Below, piece by piece: positions 14,314 to 26,508 of a DNA stretch of 64,000 bases (positions are counted from its first letter, which is position 1; each line of letters opens with the position of its first letter). A program made the translations under genes and the position numbers. Below the pieces are notes generated by a model. It ran no database searches. It was not told the origin of the DNA and was given only the letters and a program-made list of their open reading frames with translations. Origin of the DNA: Tubiluchus corallicola (Eukaryota; Animalia; Priapulida); the NCBI GenBank assembly GCA_030141605.1, contig JAQGDQ010000018.1:496001-560000 (forward strand), read 5' to 3'.

Positions 14314-16225
14314 TATTTAAATATAAAAACTTGTAATGTGATAATATTTGCTTTGATAACTGTTTAGTATTTATAACAGCTAGGTTTTCGAGTTAAAGTT
14401 GTGATTGAATTAGTTGAATTAAAACTATGTAAAAGATTTAAATGTTGTTAAAGCCATAGCATGTAAAGACTCATTCTCATTACCTGACATAGTTCTATGA
14501 CAATAGTAACAGTAGGGTTAGCTGCTTTGTCTGACAATATAACCCAATTTGGTGTGCCCTAGTTAAATCAATACCTGTTATATTTAAGTGGATAACAGGC
14601 AAATACATCTGCATGATGGCACTTGTAATGCAAAATTGTTCTTGTGTGCTTCCATACAGCAAATTCAGATTCTTTTACATAAATGTGATTTAGTCATAGC
14701 ATTGGCATCACCATGTTTGAACATGCCTCAACAGGCAATTCTGTGTTAACTATGTTTTTAATTTATTTTTTATTAATCATGTTCATTTTGTTTAAGAGTT
14801 CATTTAAGCTCTAGTTTAAATTATTTCATATGAATCACAAATGAAATGCATTAGCAAAACTGAGACTGCTTGCATTACTGCATTATAGATTAGTTTTGAC
14901 TGGATAAAAGCTGTTTTGTTGCTTTTGTAGAATAGGAAAAATTTTGAATACCTGTGTAGGTGATTTATTTATGTAATATTTAATTAATTGAAAATTTATA
15001 ATATAAAATTAATTTATGAACTTTAATTATCGTACATATGAGTGAACGGTTGCTATTTTTGGATAAACTGTAAATATAGTTTTTGTATTGTACAGTTTTC
15101 ATATGGTTTTGTAAATAAATGTTTTTTAGTCGTACAGAAAGTAAATTTCTACATTTTTATTCTATGCCTTTTGCAAAAAATATAATGTAAAATTAAGTTG
15201 ATAGTATACCAAATTTTGTTATTGTAAACAGAACCAGTCTAAGTTTTCATAGCTATCTACATTAGTTTAGCGTGCATAATATTTCCGACATACATTTAAA
15301 GTTTTTTTTAGCTAATTTTGAAATATAAATTCTGTTAATATGCAGCACAGCCTGCAAACCATTATTTGGTTTGGTACAGGTGACTGTTTGCTCACAAATG
15401 CCTGCTATTTCTTATATTTACCAGTTTATCTAAACCTAAATAAATGTGCTAGTCCAGCAATGCTTTATTGAATACTTACTTATTGACCAGTCAACACACT
15501 TGTTAGTATAATGCAAACAAACTTGAATTGATGGAGAGTCAAAATACATATTTATACGGAGGTATTCTACATCAAAAATAAGAAGCTAACGTTACTATGC
15601 CAACATGTCCTGAACCTAATGATAGAAATGCATTGATGCTGTAGGACTAGTGGACCTCACATTAAGGAATGACCAGTGCCCGATTAAGGCAAGCTAAAAA
15701 CTGTGTTTTTCAAGTTCATTATGTAACAAAAGGCTCATTGTTTTCATGTATTAAACAGCAGTATTTTTATTGACAGCTATTTTCTTCTGTCTGTGGAATT
15801 ACTAGCTTTCTAGGAAAGTGCTATTAGTAAGTTTTTTCTGCTACGCAGTAGTAGTTCGATCATCGATATAGCTTTAGATATTACCATGCCCGTTGCCGAA
15901 TACAAATTGTTCTTGCCGTGGCCTGGCAGCAGCTGTTGCAATGAAAGCAGCAGCAAAAAATTATGCATCGTTATGCATGTAGGTAAGATACAGGTGTGTG
16001 CAGATTTCGTGCAAACAAATGTGCAAATTGTTTGGTCAATAAATAGTTATACGTTACCTCGTGACTGTGGTAATGATTAAACCTATTCGCGCTTTACCTG
16101 GGCACTAAGGGAGCGGTGTAGCGTAATATACCTGTTCAGCCTATTCAACTTACCTCCATTTTAGTTAGTGTTAAGCAAACTGATGTGTTATGAACTTTAG
16201 CTGAAAAGCTCAACGAAACGCAAAT

Positions 16226-19000
16226 ATGCTACGCAAGAGTTTTGTTTGTTATTTATTGGTGTTTGGTGCACTAAGTTGTGTAAAGGTAAGAATTCTGTTT
16301 CTTTGAGCATGCGTTTCAACTTTAAGAATGCCGCTCTCGATATCACTCATATCAGTCGTTCTTAGAATGTCAAAATTTTATTGTAAATTTGCCAAAATGT
16401 CGCAGCATTGCTGTCTGTTTTAGAGGGCATTAATTTTAGTGAAAAAAATTGTGAATAGGCACATGTGTCACAGAAAACTAGAAAAACTGGAGTTTGCTCT
16501 CAGTTACTGACTGTGTTTTAAAGCGCGCCAAAATAGTTAAAGTAATAATTTAATGTTTGTCAAAACATTGTATTTGTAGACCTACTCTGCTTTTTATTAT
16601 CGAATTTAGGCTTTTTTTTCATTTTTACTAAAAAGTAGCAAATAAATAAAATTGTGAAGGGATTTACAGGCCGACACTGTGGCGGCACACAAATAGCAAA
16701 AGAAATGAAAGCAAAGCTTAAACAACAAGAATCTACCATTCCTGCTGCACATTGCTACATCAACAGCTGTCTTCTTTTTAGGAGTTACGTCCACAATAAC
16801 AACGACGAGAACCACGTTGGAACGTGACAGGACTGACCACTTGGTCCCCATATCTGGAATGGGTCCAATGAAACAATTTATCAACGAAACACCGTCTGAC
16901 GATGCATTTTGGCGTGCTGACAATTCAAAGAATGTTCACTTGCTATTGTAGGCCTGTAGTCGTTCATTGTTATCGTGAAGAGTGAAATGCTGTGTATATA
17001 TAGTAGCAGAAAGTGAGAGCATACGAAATGGTGCATTTTGATTTTTTGCATCTTACAGATTTGCTAAAGTTACACTACTTTCTAATTGTTCAATAATAAT
17101 TTTCATAAATATTGGCCATGCTATTAGTGGTATAAGCTGCAGTCAGAATAAACCTTGTGGCACCATCTGTTGACCATATCGTAACAATGACGATGGCGAC
17201 ATTTATGATGACGATGACGACAACGACTATGCTAATGACGACGACGAAGATGACTATACACATTTTTACAATAAACTGTTACAATTTTTACAATATGACT
17301 TTTCAGGCGACGATATTAGTATGACCCTTACGGTATGATGGTCGGGAAGCAAATTTTAACAACTATTCTTATTTACAGGCACAATCTTGTCGTGATTATT
17401 ATGAGTACGTCGACACCATGGCCATAAATGATATTGTCCTTTCATCAAGAATAGATTTGAAGTTGAACTTGACAAAAGACGGTGTTTCAAAAGAAGAATT
17501 TGTTGATACCTTGGAAACCACGGAGTCTAATGGCAAGAAAGCATCGTGCGGAAATACGCGGTAAATCTTTTTTTAAATTGTAAGCAACAGTTATTCATAT
17601 GTCGAGGTCAGCAGCGACCCCAAAACTACGCTCTGAGGCCCTCTTCAAAACTATCCAGTGTATCCCTCTCTTTCAAAAAATAAAATTTTGCCTCCTTCAG
17701 GTGCGCTACAATTTATAAAATTAGTTAGGCCCATAAAGTTAGTCACAACTTGACTTTCATTATTTTCTGATTACATGCTGGCAAAAGTATCTGGTAAAGG
17801 TAATTATGCATTACCTTTTTGGTGTCTTTTGTTAGTTTTTTCAATTCCAAACGTCTCTTTAATCCATGCCCCTTCCCTGCAGTTACAGAGCTGTGGGTGT
17901 GTACTGTATAGTTACATAGATGATTGTATATTAATAATTTCCTGTATTCCTATCACAGTATAACCTCACCATAGTAAAAATAATAAAATGTGACAAAGAG
18001 CTGAAAACCAATCATATGCGAGGGATTGTTTTGAAGATCTGCTATGGGGTTATGAGTTCTTATTATGCATTACATGCGTTGCCTCCTGGTTACAATTATA
18101 TTCCAACAAATATTTCGGTTTTGCAGTTCGTGGGTATGCGAAATTTATGAAGGTCTAGAGGCTCAATATGAAGAACTAAAAGGAGGTGTTACTCAAGGAG
18201 AAATTGCAGGTTATAAAAACTACATTGGCGAAGACCTGGTCGATTTGTTTACTAGCAAAATGGACAGTAGACAACGCGTTTTATTCAAGATGCAGCTAGT
18301 GGGACCTGTTGACCATGTGTGGCTAATAGAACAAATGGCAGGACCGAAGTACCGAATCTACCAGAGCTATAATGATGCATATGATTTGTATGCTTGGCTT
18401 GGTAAAACAACAGATGGGATGTTTGGTGTTCACATCATTCTGTGGGATATGGTTGTCCAAATTGCTGACGATTTCTTGAAAACTCAAAATTGTTCACTTG
18501 CAGACCTTGAAAGTTGTCCTCCAGAGCTTGACTTTGCCATGGAATGGGCAGAATACATTCGTGACTACGATGAAGAAGAAGCAATAAAAAACTTCAAGAT
18601 GGCGTGGACCGACCTGGGGAGTGGAAAGGTCATAGACAAAAATGAATTTTTAGATAGATATCTGTCCAAATTATCCAAATTGACAGAGGACATTGAACAA
18701 ATAGCTGGCACGAGTGAAATCTGGACGGAGGAAATTCACACGACTTGGACTGAGCTCTTTGCTAGTCCCAATCCACTTGCGTATCCCGGCATCCCTTTTG
18801 ACATGTTAACCTCACATCTACCTCAAACATTTGAAATGCAAGTTAGGATTGATGAATTCCCAGAACCTTGTTCAAACTACAAGATACTTGGTAATTCAGT
18901 TGAAGGCTGGACGGATCCACTAGAAGGCGGTTCAGCTACATTACAGTTTTCTACTGTCATTACTTTGTTGTCGCTGGTTTCTGCTGTTCTAATTTTGTAA
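16226..19000 (+). CDS. Uncharacterised secreted/GPI-anchored protein (~371 aa) with a putative papain-fold Cys-His-Gln triad (Cif/CHBP-like motifs)
   Basis: Exons 16226-16285 (MLRKSFVCYLLVFGALSCVK, signal peptide, donor AG|gtaaga), 17379-17560 (phase 2) and 18127-19000 join in frame. The C-terminus ...PLEGGSATLQFSTVITLLSLVSAVLIL* looks like a GPI-addition signal. Motifs: ASCGNT, VDHVWLIEQ, YRIYQSY. The gene model is solid; the family assignment is inference. Confidence 0.8.
17188..17256. repeat. degenerate (GAC/GAT)n trinucleotide repeat, intronic
   Basis: gacgatggcgac...gatgacgatgacgacaacgac...gacgacgacgaagatgac. Confidence 0.7.
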
Positions 19001-19109
19001 TTGTTTGGAAATTTGTCATGTTTTTGTCAGGGTATTTTTTCTTATATTTTCTTTCCATTTTTTAATATTCTACACCCTTGGCCGCACCAAGGGTAATTTA
19101 ATCATAGAT

Positions 19110-19868
19110 AGTTTATTGTTTATAGTTTGAGATGGATCAGTCGCCTACCTGAACATTTTAAATGATGTGCACCAGGGAGGGGTCTTGTTATCCTTTTTTT
19201 TGCAAAAAAAGCAAAATATTTATAAATATCTCCGAAAATATGCAAAATATTGTAACTGGAAAAGTTTTTCAGTTTAATGGTAAATCAATTAACGTCAGGA
19301 AAAGTGAAAAATATCGTGGTTACATGTTATCTGGTGTTTTAACTGATGACGTAGATACTACGCAAGAGCTAATACACTATGAAATTTGTTCAAAAGAAGT
19401 TAAAAGTAAATTATTCAAATCATATTGCAGTGGAATTTATTGTACCAGTATATGGACAGCCTATAACAGATATAATATTGCAAAGCTCAGATCGGCATAT
19501 AACGTTGTTCTTAGTACATTTTCTAAATAATATTATTACGAATCGGGCATGTAAGCATGTTATATAAGTGTTATAATAGCTACTATATACATTAAGGCAG
19601 AGCTACTATAGCTCATGATATTGTCTACTAGCAAGTACTAATAACATTCTAATTAGCGGTCATATAAATTGAAATGTGTTTTTTTTAACTGGCAAAGGGT
19701 ACACAGTATTGTGAGATGATTTTAAATTGTAAATTTCTAGGCTAAGGTATTTTTAGTACGTATTTAGTTAGTATTTTAAATCTATCTTATCAATAATTTG
19801 ATGTGTTGTAAATGCATGTAATATGGTACTATGTGTGCTGATTTAAAATAAAAACGAAATAAAAAAAT
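19110..19868 (+). mobile_element. Decayed L2/Daphne-like LINE fragment (RT motif plus C-terminal region, 3' A-rich end)
   Basis: NDVHQGGVL resembles the RT motif NGVRQGGVLSP. KYRGYMLSGVLTDDVD and CSKEVKSKLFKSYCSGIYCTSIW...KLRSAYN match the conserved post-RT region of L2/Daphne/Kiri-type LINEs. There are internal deletions, and it ends in aaataaaaacgaaataaaaaaa. Confidence 0.75.
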
Positions 19869-19994
19869 ATGTTATTAATAATTCATAATTCGTGATTATG
19901 GCACAAACATAATGAACATTATCGTGTTATCGTTATTAGTAGGCCGTAATGATAACATGAACTGTTATAACTCGCATGAATTCATATGAGTATA

Positions 19995-20165
19995 TCATCA
20001 TCATCTCTGGAATCAGACATCCTCTGACATGGCCCTTGCAATCACTTTACTCCATGCTGTCCCGTCACCCACAACCTCCCATGTCTCTGTATTTTTAGTA
20101 TCTAATGGTGTGTATTATCTACAGTTTTATGCTGGTCATTTTATGGCTATGCGTCTTGTTACCTG
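19995..20165 (-). mobile_element. Short RTE 3'-end fragment, same family as 8194-8559
   Basis: The reverse complement reads cattagatactaaaaatacagagacatggg...cagcatggagtaaagtgatt...tgattccagagatgatgatga, colinear with 8450-8560 including the (GAT)n tail. Confidence 0.85.
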
Positions 20166-20809
20166 CAACTTTCTCAGTTTATGCGTATACACACAATTGT
20201 TCAGCGTGAAAGAGGGATAGCGGATCGACTAATTTCCCAATCTCCACAAAATTTGGTCAGCGAGAAAGACATCCGAATTTTGCTATTAACAGTGAACCGC
20301 AACCTCTCAACCAAATTAATTCAAATACGCGATCCGTCCTAATCCCTAGGTTTCTGAGCCTCCTCTTGCTTACATGGCTATTTTTACTTCAAATCCGCAT
20401 AATGGTTTGCAATTTAGCTAACCTTGGTATAATAAACGAAAAGTATTTTAAATCAATGAAAATTGCACCTTGTTGCTTCCCCTGTGTGTACAATGAGGGG
20501 TTTGATTTTCATTGATTAATTGTAACTCTAAGACGGAATATTAGAATAATTATTCTCTAACTGATGTTATGTTATTATTCTAACATTAGTATTCTTAATA
20601 GCAAATAAAAAGATTTTACAACTGCTGCAGGTGCTACGTACTGCTATTAGTACACTGGTATGTTCGCTTAATGATTAATGAAGCTAATTATTATTTTCAT
20701 TTCATTGTTATTCAGCCTTGGTAGCTTGTGATGAGTGCCAGTCTGTCATTTTCTTCCCACACATTGTTATCTATCGCTGATCAGCGCTAATGAAAATTAA
20801 AAATAGCAA

Positions 20810-20920
20810 AGATCCGATTCGCTGCTTTTGATCCGCATCTGGTTCGCACTTCCTTATCTTCAATAGTAGATCTGCATCCGATCCTTCAAAGATTACGCGG
20901 ATCTTGGCGCGAACCCTCCG
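20810..20920. mobile_element. Possible hAT-type element end with GATCCG subterminal repeats
   Basis: Repeated gatccg/gcatcc/ggatc motifs ending ...ttggcgcgaaccct; the partner end was not found. Confidence 0.3.
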
Positions 20921-20969
20921 TATCGTGGTGCTCTAATCACTGGGGAGTCAGTTGTTGCTTGGGGACCTG

Positions 20970-21660
20970 ATTTGTCTCCGACTACGAGAGAAACTAATGC
21001 ATTAAACTGAAATTATGATATTGTATTGAATGGTCGACACACCAAAGGAAACGGCCAAAAGACTACTGATCGACACTATAATAATGAGTAAAATATCCGG
21101 GCGCCACAGCAGCGTTCTGCAGTTGTCGTTGCTAAAGAGTTTGACATATGGTGATGAATTTCTGGTCCAAGAGCCTTGGGTACCCTCACCAGGAACGTGA
21201 TTTCCGAACATTGCATATCGTAGGTACAAGTTTGGCATTTCACAAATGACTGTTCGTATGTAATGGGAGCAGGGCTTTCAGGAGGTACAACCCAAAATAG
21301 GTAACCCCCAAAAGGCATAATCTCCTATCACGAACATGACTTTAGACAATTGCACATCATAGGTGTGAGTTTGGCATTCTACAAGTGGCCACTCGTTTTT
21401 GATGGGAGCAGGGCTTTCGGGGGGTTACATAATTGTATCATAGACCTGTATGCTTTGGGTCTATCATTTGACAATTTAGTAGATTATTTTGCTTGGGACG
21501 GATGTGGTGTTCTTATAATCATAATCACTAGAGATTATAATATCAGGAATTTGTTTTCACCATCAACAATGCGTTCACATAACTTGCAGGGATTAATTGC
21601 CACATCCCCAGATCAGTCCAGGGCAAATCAGATATTGATGGCCAGAAAGAATTTAATTTA
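20970..21660. mobile_element. Non-autonomous repeat with internal ~139-bp-period direct repeats (Helentron/HINE-like)
   Basis: agtttggcatt...atgggagcagggctttc...gg(t)taca occurs at ~21229-21290 and ~21368-21430, followed by a long microsatellite. The class assignment is inference. Confidence 0.35.
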
Positions 21661-21696
21661 AAAAATTATTTTTTGCAATCACACCATGCTATAATT

Positions 21697-21765
21697 CATT
21701 ATTATTATTATTATTATTATTTTCATTATTATTCTTATTCTTATTATTATTGTTATTACTACTAC

Positions 21766-21814
<49 letters not shown>

Positions 21815-21845
21815 ATCATCATCATCATCATTACTATTATTATTT
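21697..21845. repeat. (TTA)n/(CTA)n/(CAT)n compound microsatellite
   Basis: Long TTA run with TAC and CAT blocks; this explains the poly-Tyr/His ORF 21673..21873. Confidence 0.95.
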
Positions 21846-22244
21846 ACATTATTGCGTAATTTATATATATTAGATTAGTTACAAAAAAATTAATCACATT
21901 TTCACTAGCTACATAAAACATAAGTGATTCGAAAAAAAATTTATAAACCTTCAAATAGTTTGTCGTATTGTCACAGTTTTCATCGTAAGAGGCTGAAATC
22001 TTGCAGGAAGCAAGTGCGTGTAACGGAGACCGATTTCTCACCTTTCCAAAACGGGTCGCAAATACACCCGTTAAGTGGATCTGACTTAGACGTTGTTATG
22101 TTGTTGGGGTTTCTTTCATTCTAATACAGAAATGGATCTGCCCCAACATAAAAACATTCTAAATTTTTACGAAAACACATCCGAAATAGATTTCATAACC
22201 ATAAACGTTTTCCGTGATTTTCTTATGATTAAACATTACATTAA

Positions 22245-23222
22245 AATGAAAATTTATACACCATAATGAAAGAAATTTCTTGGAGTTTAAAAGTCAAATT
22301 CCGAAGATTAAGATAGCTAGGACATCTTCTAAGATTACCAAATGAAGAACCAATAAGAATCACCTTAAACTGAGGCTTAAAGGAAGCCTTAAAACATGGG
22401 CGCCGCCAGATGTTAAAAAAATTGGACACACAAGCAGCTAGGGGATCTGGGAGAGCACTGTAAACTCCCCCAGCGGGGTCCGGGGGGATTGCCACTAACG
22501 CATTTTCCTTTATTTAAGCATATTTTGGAATCCTGAAATGAGATCTAAATTCTGGCACATAGACTAGCTCAAAAGTGAAAATTTCTGCTTTAGTAAATAT
22601 ATTTTACCTACATTTACCCAGGTAATGTTCATTGTATTCTATTGCAGTAGACATACATCTTAAAAACAAGTTCGTAATACACCGCAATGCGGATGACCCA
22701 TTACTTAAGCTTAATTTATTTAGTGTCAAGATTATTCATCCCGCAAAATGTGGATAGTCAAACACGAAACTGATCTGAGACTGTTAAGTTTACTGCCCAC
22801 CCACTGATCATACAAAATTTAATATGTTTGCTAAGTGTTCCCACTTGATGCAGCTAAATGCAATTTTACTGCATTATAGACCGCTTTGCGGTTGCTAGAA
22901 GCTGTTTTCTTATAAGTTCACCTCAAACTCGTGTCTCATAATTTCACTACTACCGTGAAAGGGGGGGGCAGGCCTCTTGGGCCAACTCCCTAAATGCAGA
23001 AGTGCAGTTACAGTTAGCTAAAAACTGTCTAGTCCACTTGCCGGCGCCTATGCCTTGAAACCTTGCAAAAAACCACCTGGCAAACAAAAAACAACTTGCA
23101 TAGCTAAGATAAATAATAAAGATGTTCAACAACTTCAACCAAATCTATCTTTAGAAGTAGAAGAACTTACGCTGTTAGCTACAGATAGAAGTGGGTGGAA
23201 GCTTTCTGTTAACTCATGTAAA
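22245..23222 (+). mobile_element. RTE-clade LINE 3' fragment split by a nested hAT MITE
   Basis: Left part LYTIMKEISWSLKVKFRRLR*LGHLLRLPNEEP...LKEALK; the right part resumes after the insertion as PCKKPPGKQKTTC...LATDRSGWKLSV. Same motifs as the 8194 element. Confidence 0.8.
22395..23052. mobile_element. hAT-superfamily MITE
   Basis: TIRs CATGGGCGCCGCCAG / TTGCCGGCGCCTATG (reverse complement CATAGGCGCCGGCAA); 8-bp TSD CCTTAAAA (22387-22394) / CCTTGAAA (23053-23060); G-rich internal stretches typical of hAT MITEs. Confidence 0.85.
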
Positions 23223-24947
23223 TATTTTATGATTTTTTACATGGTATGGCTTTTATGCTGAACTAAAAAGTAATCTAATCTTAGCTAATTAAGATATGCT
23301 GCGTCATTAAGAACAATTTAATAAACGACCGACATTAATGTTCGACATCACCCAGCTATTATGTTATGATATAATTAATAGTACCAAACGCAGTTTTTCC
23401 AGCTGTTACTTATCCATTTACTATATTCCTTCTTGGTACTACTTAAGTACTATAGTTCACTCAGCTATTCTGTTCATCCTATATGTGTATAATATATCTC
23501 CAAATTTTTGCGGAATATACTAAAAGGTATGAAGTTAGGGTTTTAATTATTGCAAGTTGACTCTATTTAATGGATTTTTAAAAGGAATTTCTATAATTAC
23601 TGTTTAAAAGGTAAACTTCAATGGCTAATGGCGGGGACACACAGAGAAGCTGAAATGTGTTGACGCTAGTGCTAACTAAAGTGGTGTTTACGTAGCACCT
23701 GGAGTCCTGTGCGTTTCTATCTGGTAAATAGCTGCGGAAAAAATCAATAGGCAAAGCTGCAGGAAAGAAATCGCACAGCACGCTGCATAAACCGGTGCAG
23801 TGAAAACAATACAAACTGATTTTGTCTATACCCCCCCCCCCCACCCCCCAAGAAATAGCGTCCGGATGCTAGTCATACTACGTAAACTACACTTAACACG
23901 CGTGGCTGCAGGATTTTGCACGTGTCCAACCCGCGAGAGATACATGCATGGAGGCTCAAGCAAGGGGAGATGGCATTGAGACTGGAGAGATATTGCTTCT
24001 GAAACTTAACTCTCAGCCGGCCGATCTATACGTCACTTAACAAGGAGAATGTTTGCATATTTAACCAAGAACTTATGGCTATAAATTTATTCTTATTTTA
24101 TGCCCTTATTTATGATTTTTATTATGAAAATTAATACGCCCTCGCGGTTAATTACGATCACAGCCACAAACAGAGTTTAATAAATAATCACTGCCAACAT
24201 GCAACAACATAAACACAACCCTCAATTATGATAGCTCACATGGCTTGGCAATGCGAGTTGACAGGCTCTAGTGAAAGAATTTCGCATTCAATACTTTGCT
24301 CACGTTGACCCGTGTAAACCAAAAAATCTATTTTCTTTGCATAATGGCTAAAAAATAAAAATAAATGTCGTTTATACGCTAGTGGTACATGTAACTGAGG
24401 TGGAGATATCTGTCTGTGGGTGGAATTGAGCGACTCCTTGTTATTATATCTTGAACAGGTAACTGTTATAGATTGAACAGGTAAATCGATTTTTATAAAA
24501 CCATTGCATACGTAAAAGTCTCAATAATTAGTACGAGTTATTAAGCAAACTTTCAGGGAGAATAAAGCAATAATAACCGTATCAAATTTAAGAAGCTGTT
24601 GATATTGTTATATTGCATCATCTTAATTATGTGCCTCTAGCGCCATGCCTAAGCTAAGCATAAAAAGCAGCAAAATGTTTGTCATAACACAGCATGTACA
24701 TATAGGATACTGAGCAAATAAGAATTAGGTGTGTAATTTCCGTTTAACCTTTGATCGACCGTATTCACAGTACTGTATGTGAAAAATGTGCTTCAAAATG
24801 GCGCGTTTATGTATGATTTATAGAAATGAGATCTATGAATTATTAGTAACCTATTAAGTGGAAATATTCTAACATTTTAAACTTTTAAAATTACTTGTCA
24901 TAATCGCAACAGTGAATACATAAGTAATAAAAGATAAATTAAGTCAC

Positions 24948-26508
24948 ATGAATGTTAAATGGCTTATTTTTCTGCTAATTGTTGGAGTATCTGCTCTGTG
25001 CATTACTTTCTTTGGAAGTAATTACGACGCACTACCGAGGGAAAGGCAATATCAGATGACAAGAGGTAACAAAAACGGTTTTTAATTAGAATTTGAATTA
25101 TAAGCTAATTTTGTTAATATTTAGCACTTTTCAGTACGCAGATGAACAGCCGCAAGAAACCGCAGAACGGAGTGTTGCCATTGAGTAAACTATAATAATC
25201 TGCTGTTCTTTACTGAGTAGAGAAAATGATTATTGGACACCAGTGTGCCAGATAATAGTGCCTGATATGTTTTTGCTAGGCTAGACTCACTACAATATTG
25301 TTATGCAGCTACAATTTCTGAACTTTACAGTTATATCTTATTCTTAGTTACAACTACAGCAGGAAGACAGGGATGCTTATATAGTTTAAACGAATTAAGC
25401 ACTACATGCGTTCCTAGGTGTATGCGTGACTATACTGCATTGGTATAATTAATGCCTATAATAATAAATAATTATTATTATCAGTTATGTAACCCATACA
25501 TGGACAGTCTGTATAACAACACCAATAAATACCCAGTATTAAATTAATTACTACGTACTATGTCAACGTTTTTCTTTTTTGAAAGGTGAGCAACTGACAT
25601 CTAATGCCTTTTTCAAACCTAAGTACAAAACAATTTTTCCAAATACAGAAGACACTGGGCCACAAGACCACTTCAAAACGAGCAACTTCAAAGTGCCTAA
25701 CATTGTACATTATGTATGGTCAGAACCTGACGTGTGGTCTTGGACAAGTAAAGACCACGAGTTTAATCTGTGGAGAATCATTGGACCAATCAGTGCGTAT
25801 GAAAACTTGAAGCCAGACAAAATACTACTGCACAGTAATAAGAAGCCCACTGGGAATTGGTGGGACGAGCTATTGAGGATCGTGCCTATTGAATACAAGT
25901 ATTACCCTACAGTAAAGGAAGTTTTTGGAAATTCCATAAAGCAGCCCGCCCATAGGTCTGATGTGACACGAATCGACATTTTAAAAAAATATGGTGGCAT
26001 CTATTTAGACTTTGATGTGGTGGTGCTGAAGTCATTTGATCCATTGAGAATTTACGATTGTGTCTTGGGTGTTGAAACTGGCGATCTCAAAATCACAAAT
26101 GGTCTTCCAAATGCGGGCATAATCTTATCGAAGCCGAACTCAACTTTTCTGAACAAGTGGCACCATGGATACAGGGACTATAGAGGCAGTGTGTGGCTTC
26201 ATAATTCTGCTATTGTGCCTAACCAGATAAGACAAGCTGGCCCTGAGCTCGTGCACATCGAACCAAATTTGTGGCATGACACAAGTTACGCCATCTTTGG
26301 AGGATATGTTGATCTCAGTCAAAAATATGCTTACCACATGTGGGTTAAAGCGGGTCTCGTGAAGTATCCAGTACCAGGAGTAAAAACAATCTTGATGATA
26401 CCAGGAGATGCTTACAAACTACGTAACACATTTGGTGAATTGTTAAGAAGATTTTACGTCGATAGTTACTGGACAGGAGACACAGAATATAAAGAACGGT
26501 TTCACTGA
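24948..26508 (+). CDS. Glycosyltransferase family 32 (DXD sugar-binding; alpha-1,4-galactosyl/N-acetylglucosaminyltransferase-like), type II membrane protein
   Basis: Exon 24948-25065 (MNVKWLIFLLIVGVSALCITFFG, signal-anchor, phase 1), probable 60-nt exon 25125-25184, and terminal exon 25586-26508. Motifs VPNIVHYVW, HRSDVTRIDILKKYGGIYLDFDV, NAGIILSKPNSTFLNKW. Confidence 0.88.

Noticed and set aside
16700-16950. GC-richer open frame within intron 1 of the GPI gene, faintly Harbinger-transposase-like
   Set aside because: No convincing motif, TIR/TSD or phase-compatible splice sites.
18065-18126. Apparent N-terminal hydrophobic segment of the 311-aa ORF (MHYMRCLLVTII...)
   Set aside because: It lies in the intron upstream of acceptor ttgcag|18127. 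The real signal peptide is in exon 16226-16285.
21673-21873. Poly-Tyr/His ORF
   Set aside because: Translation of the (TTA)n/(CAT)n microsatellite.
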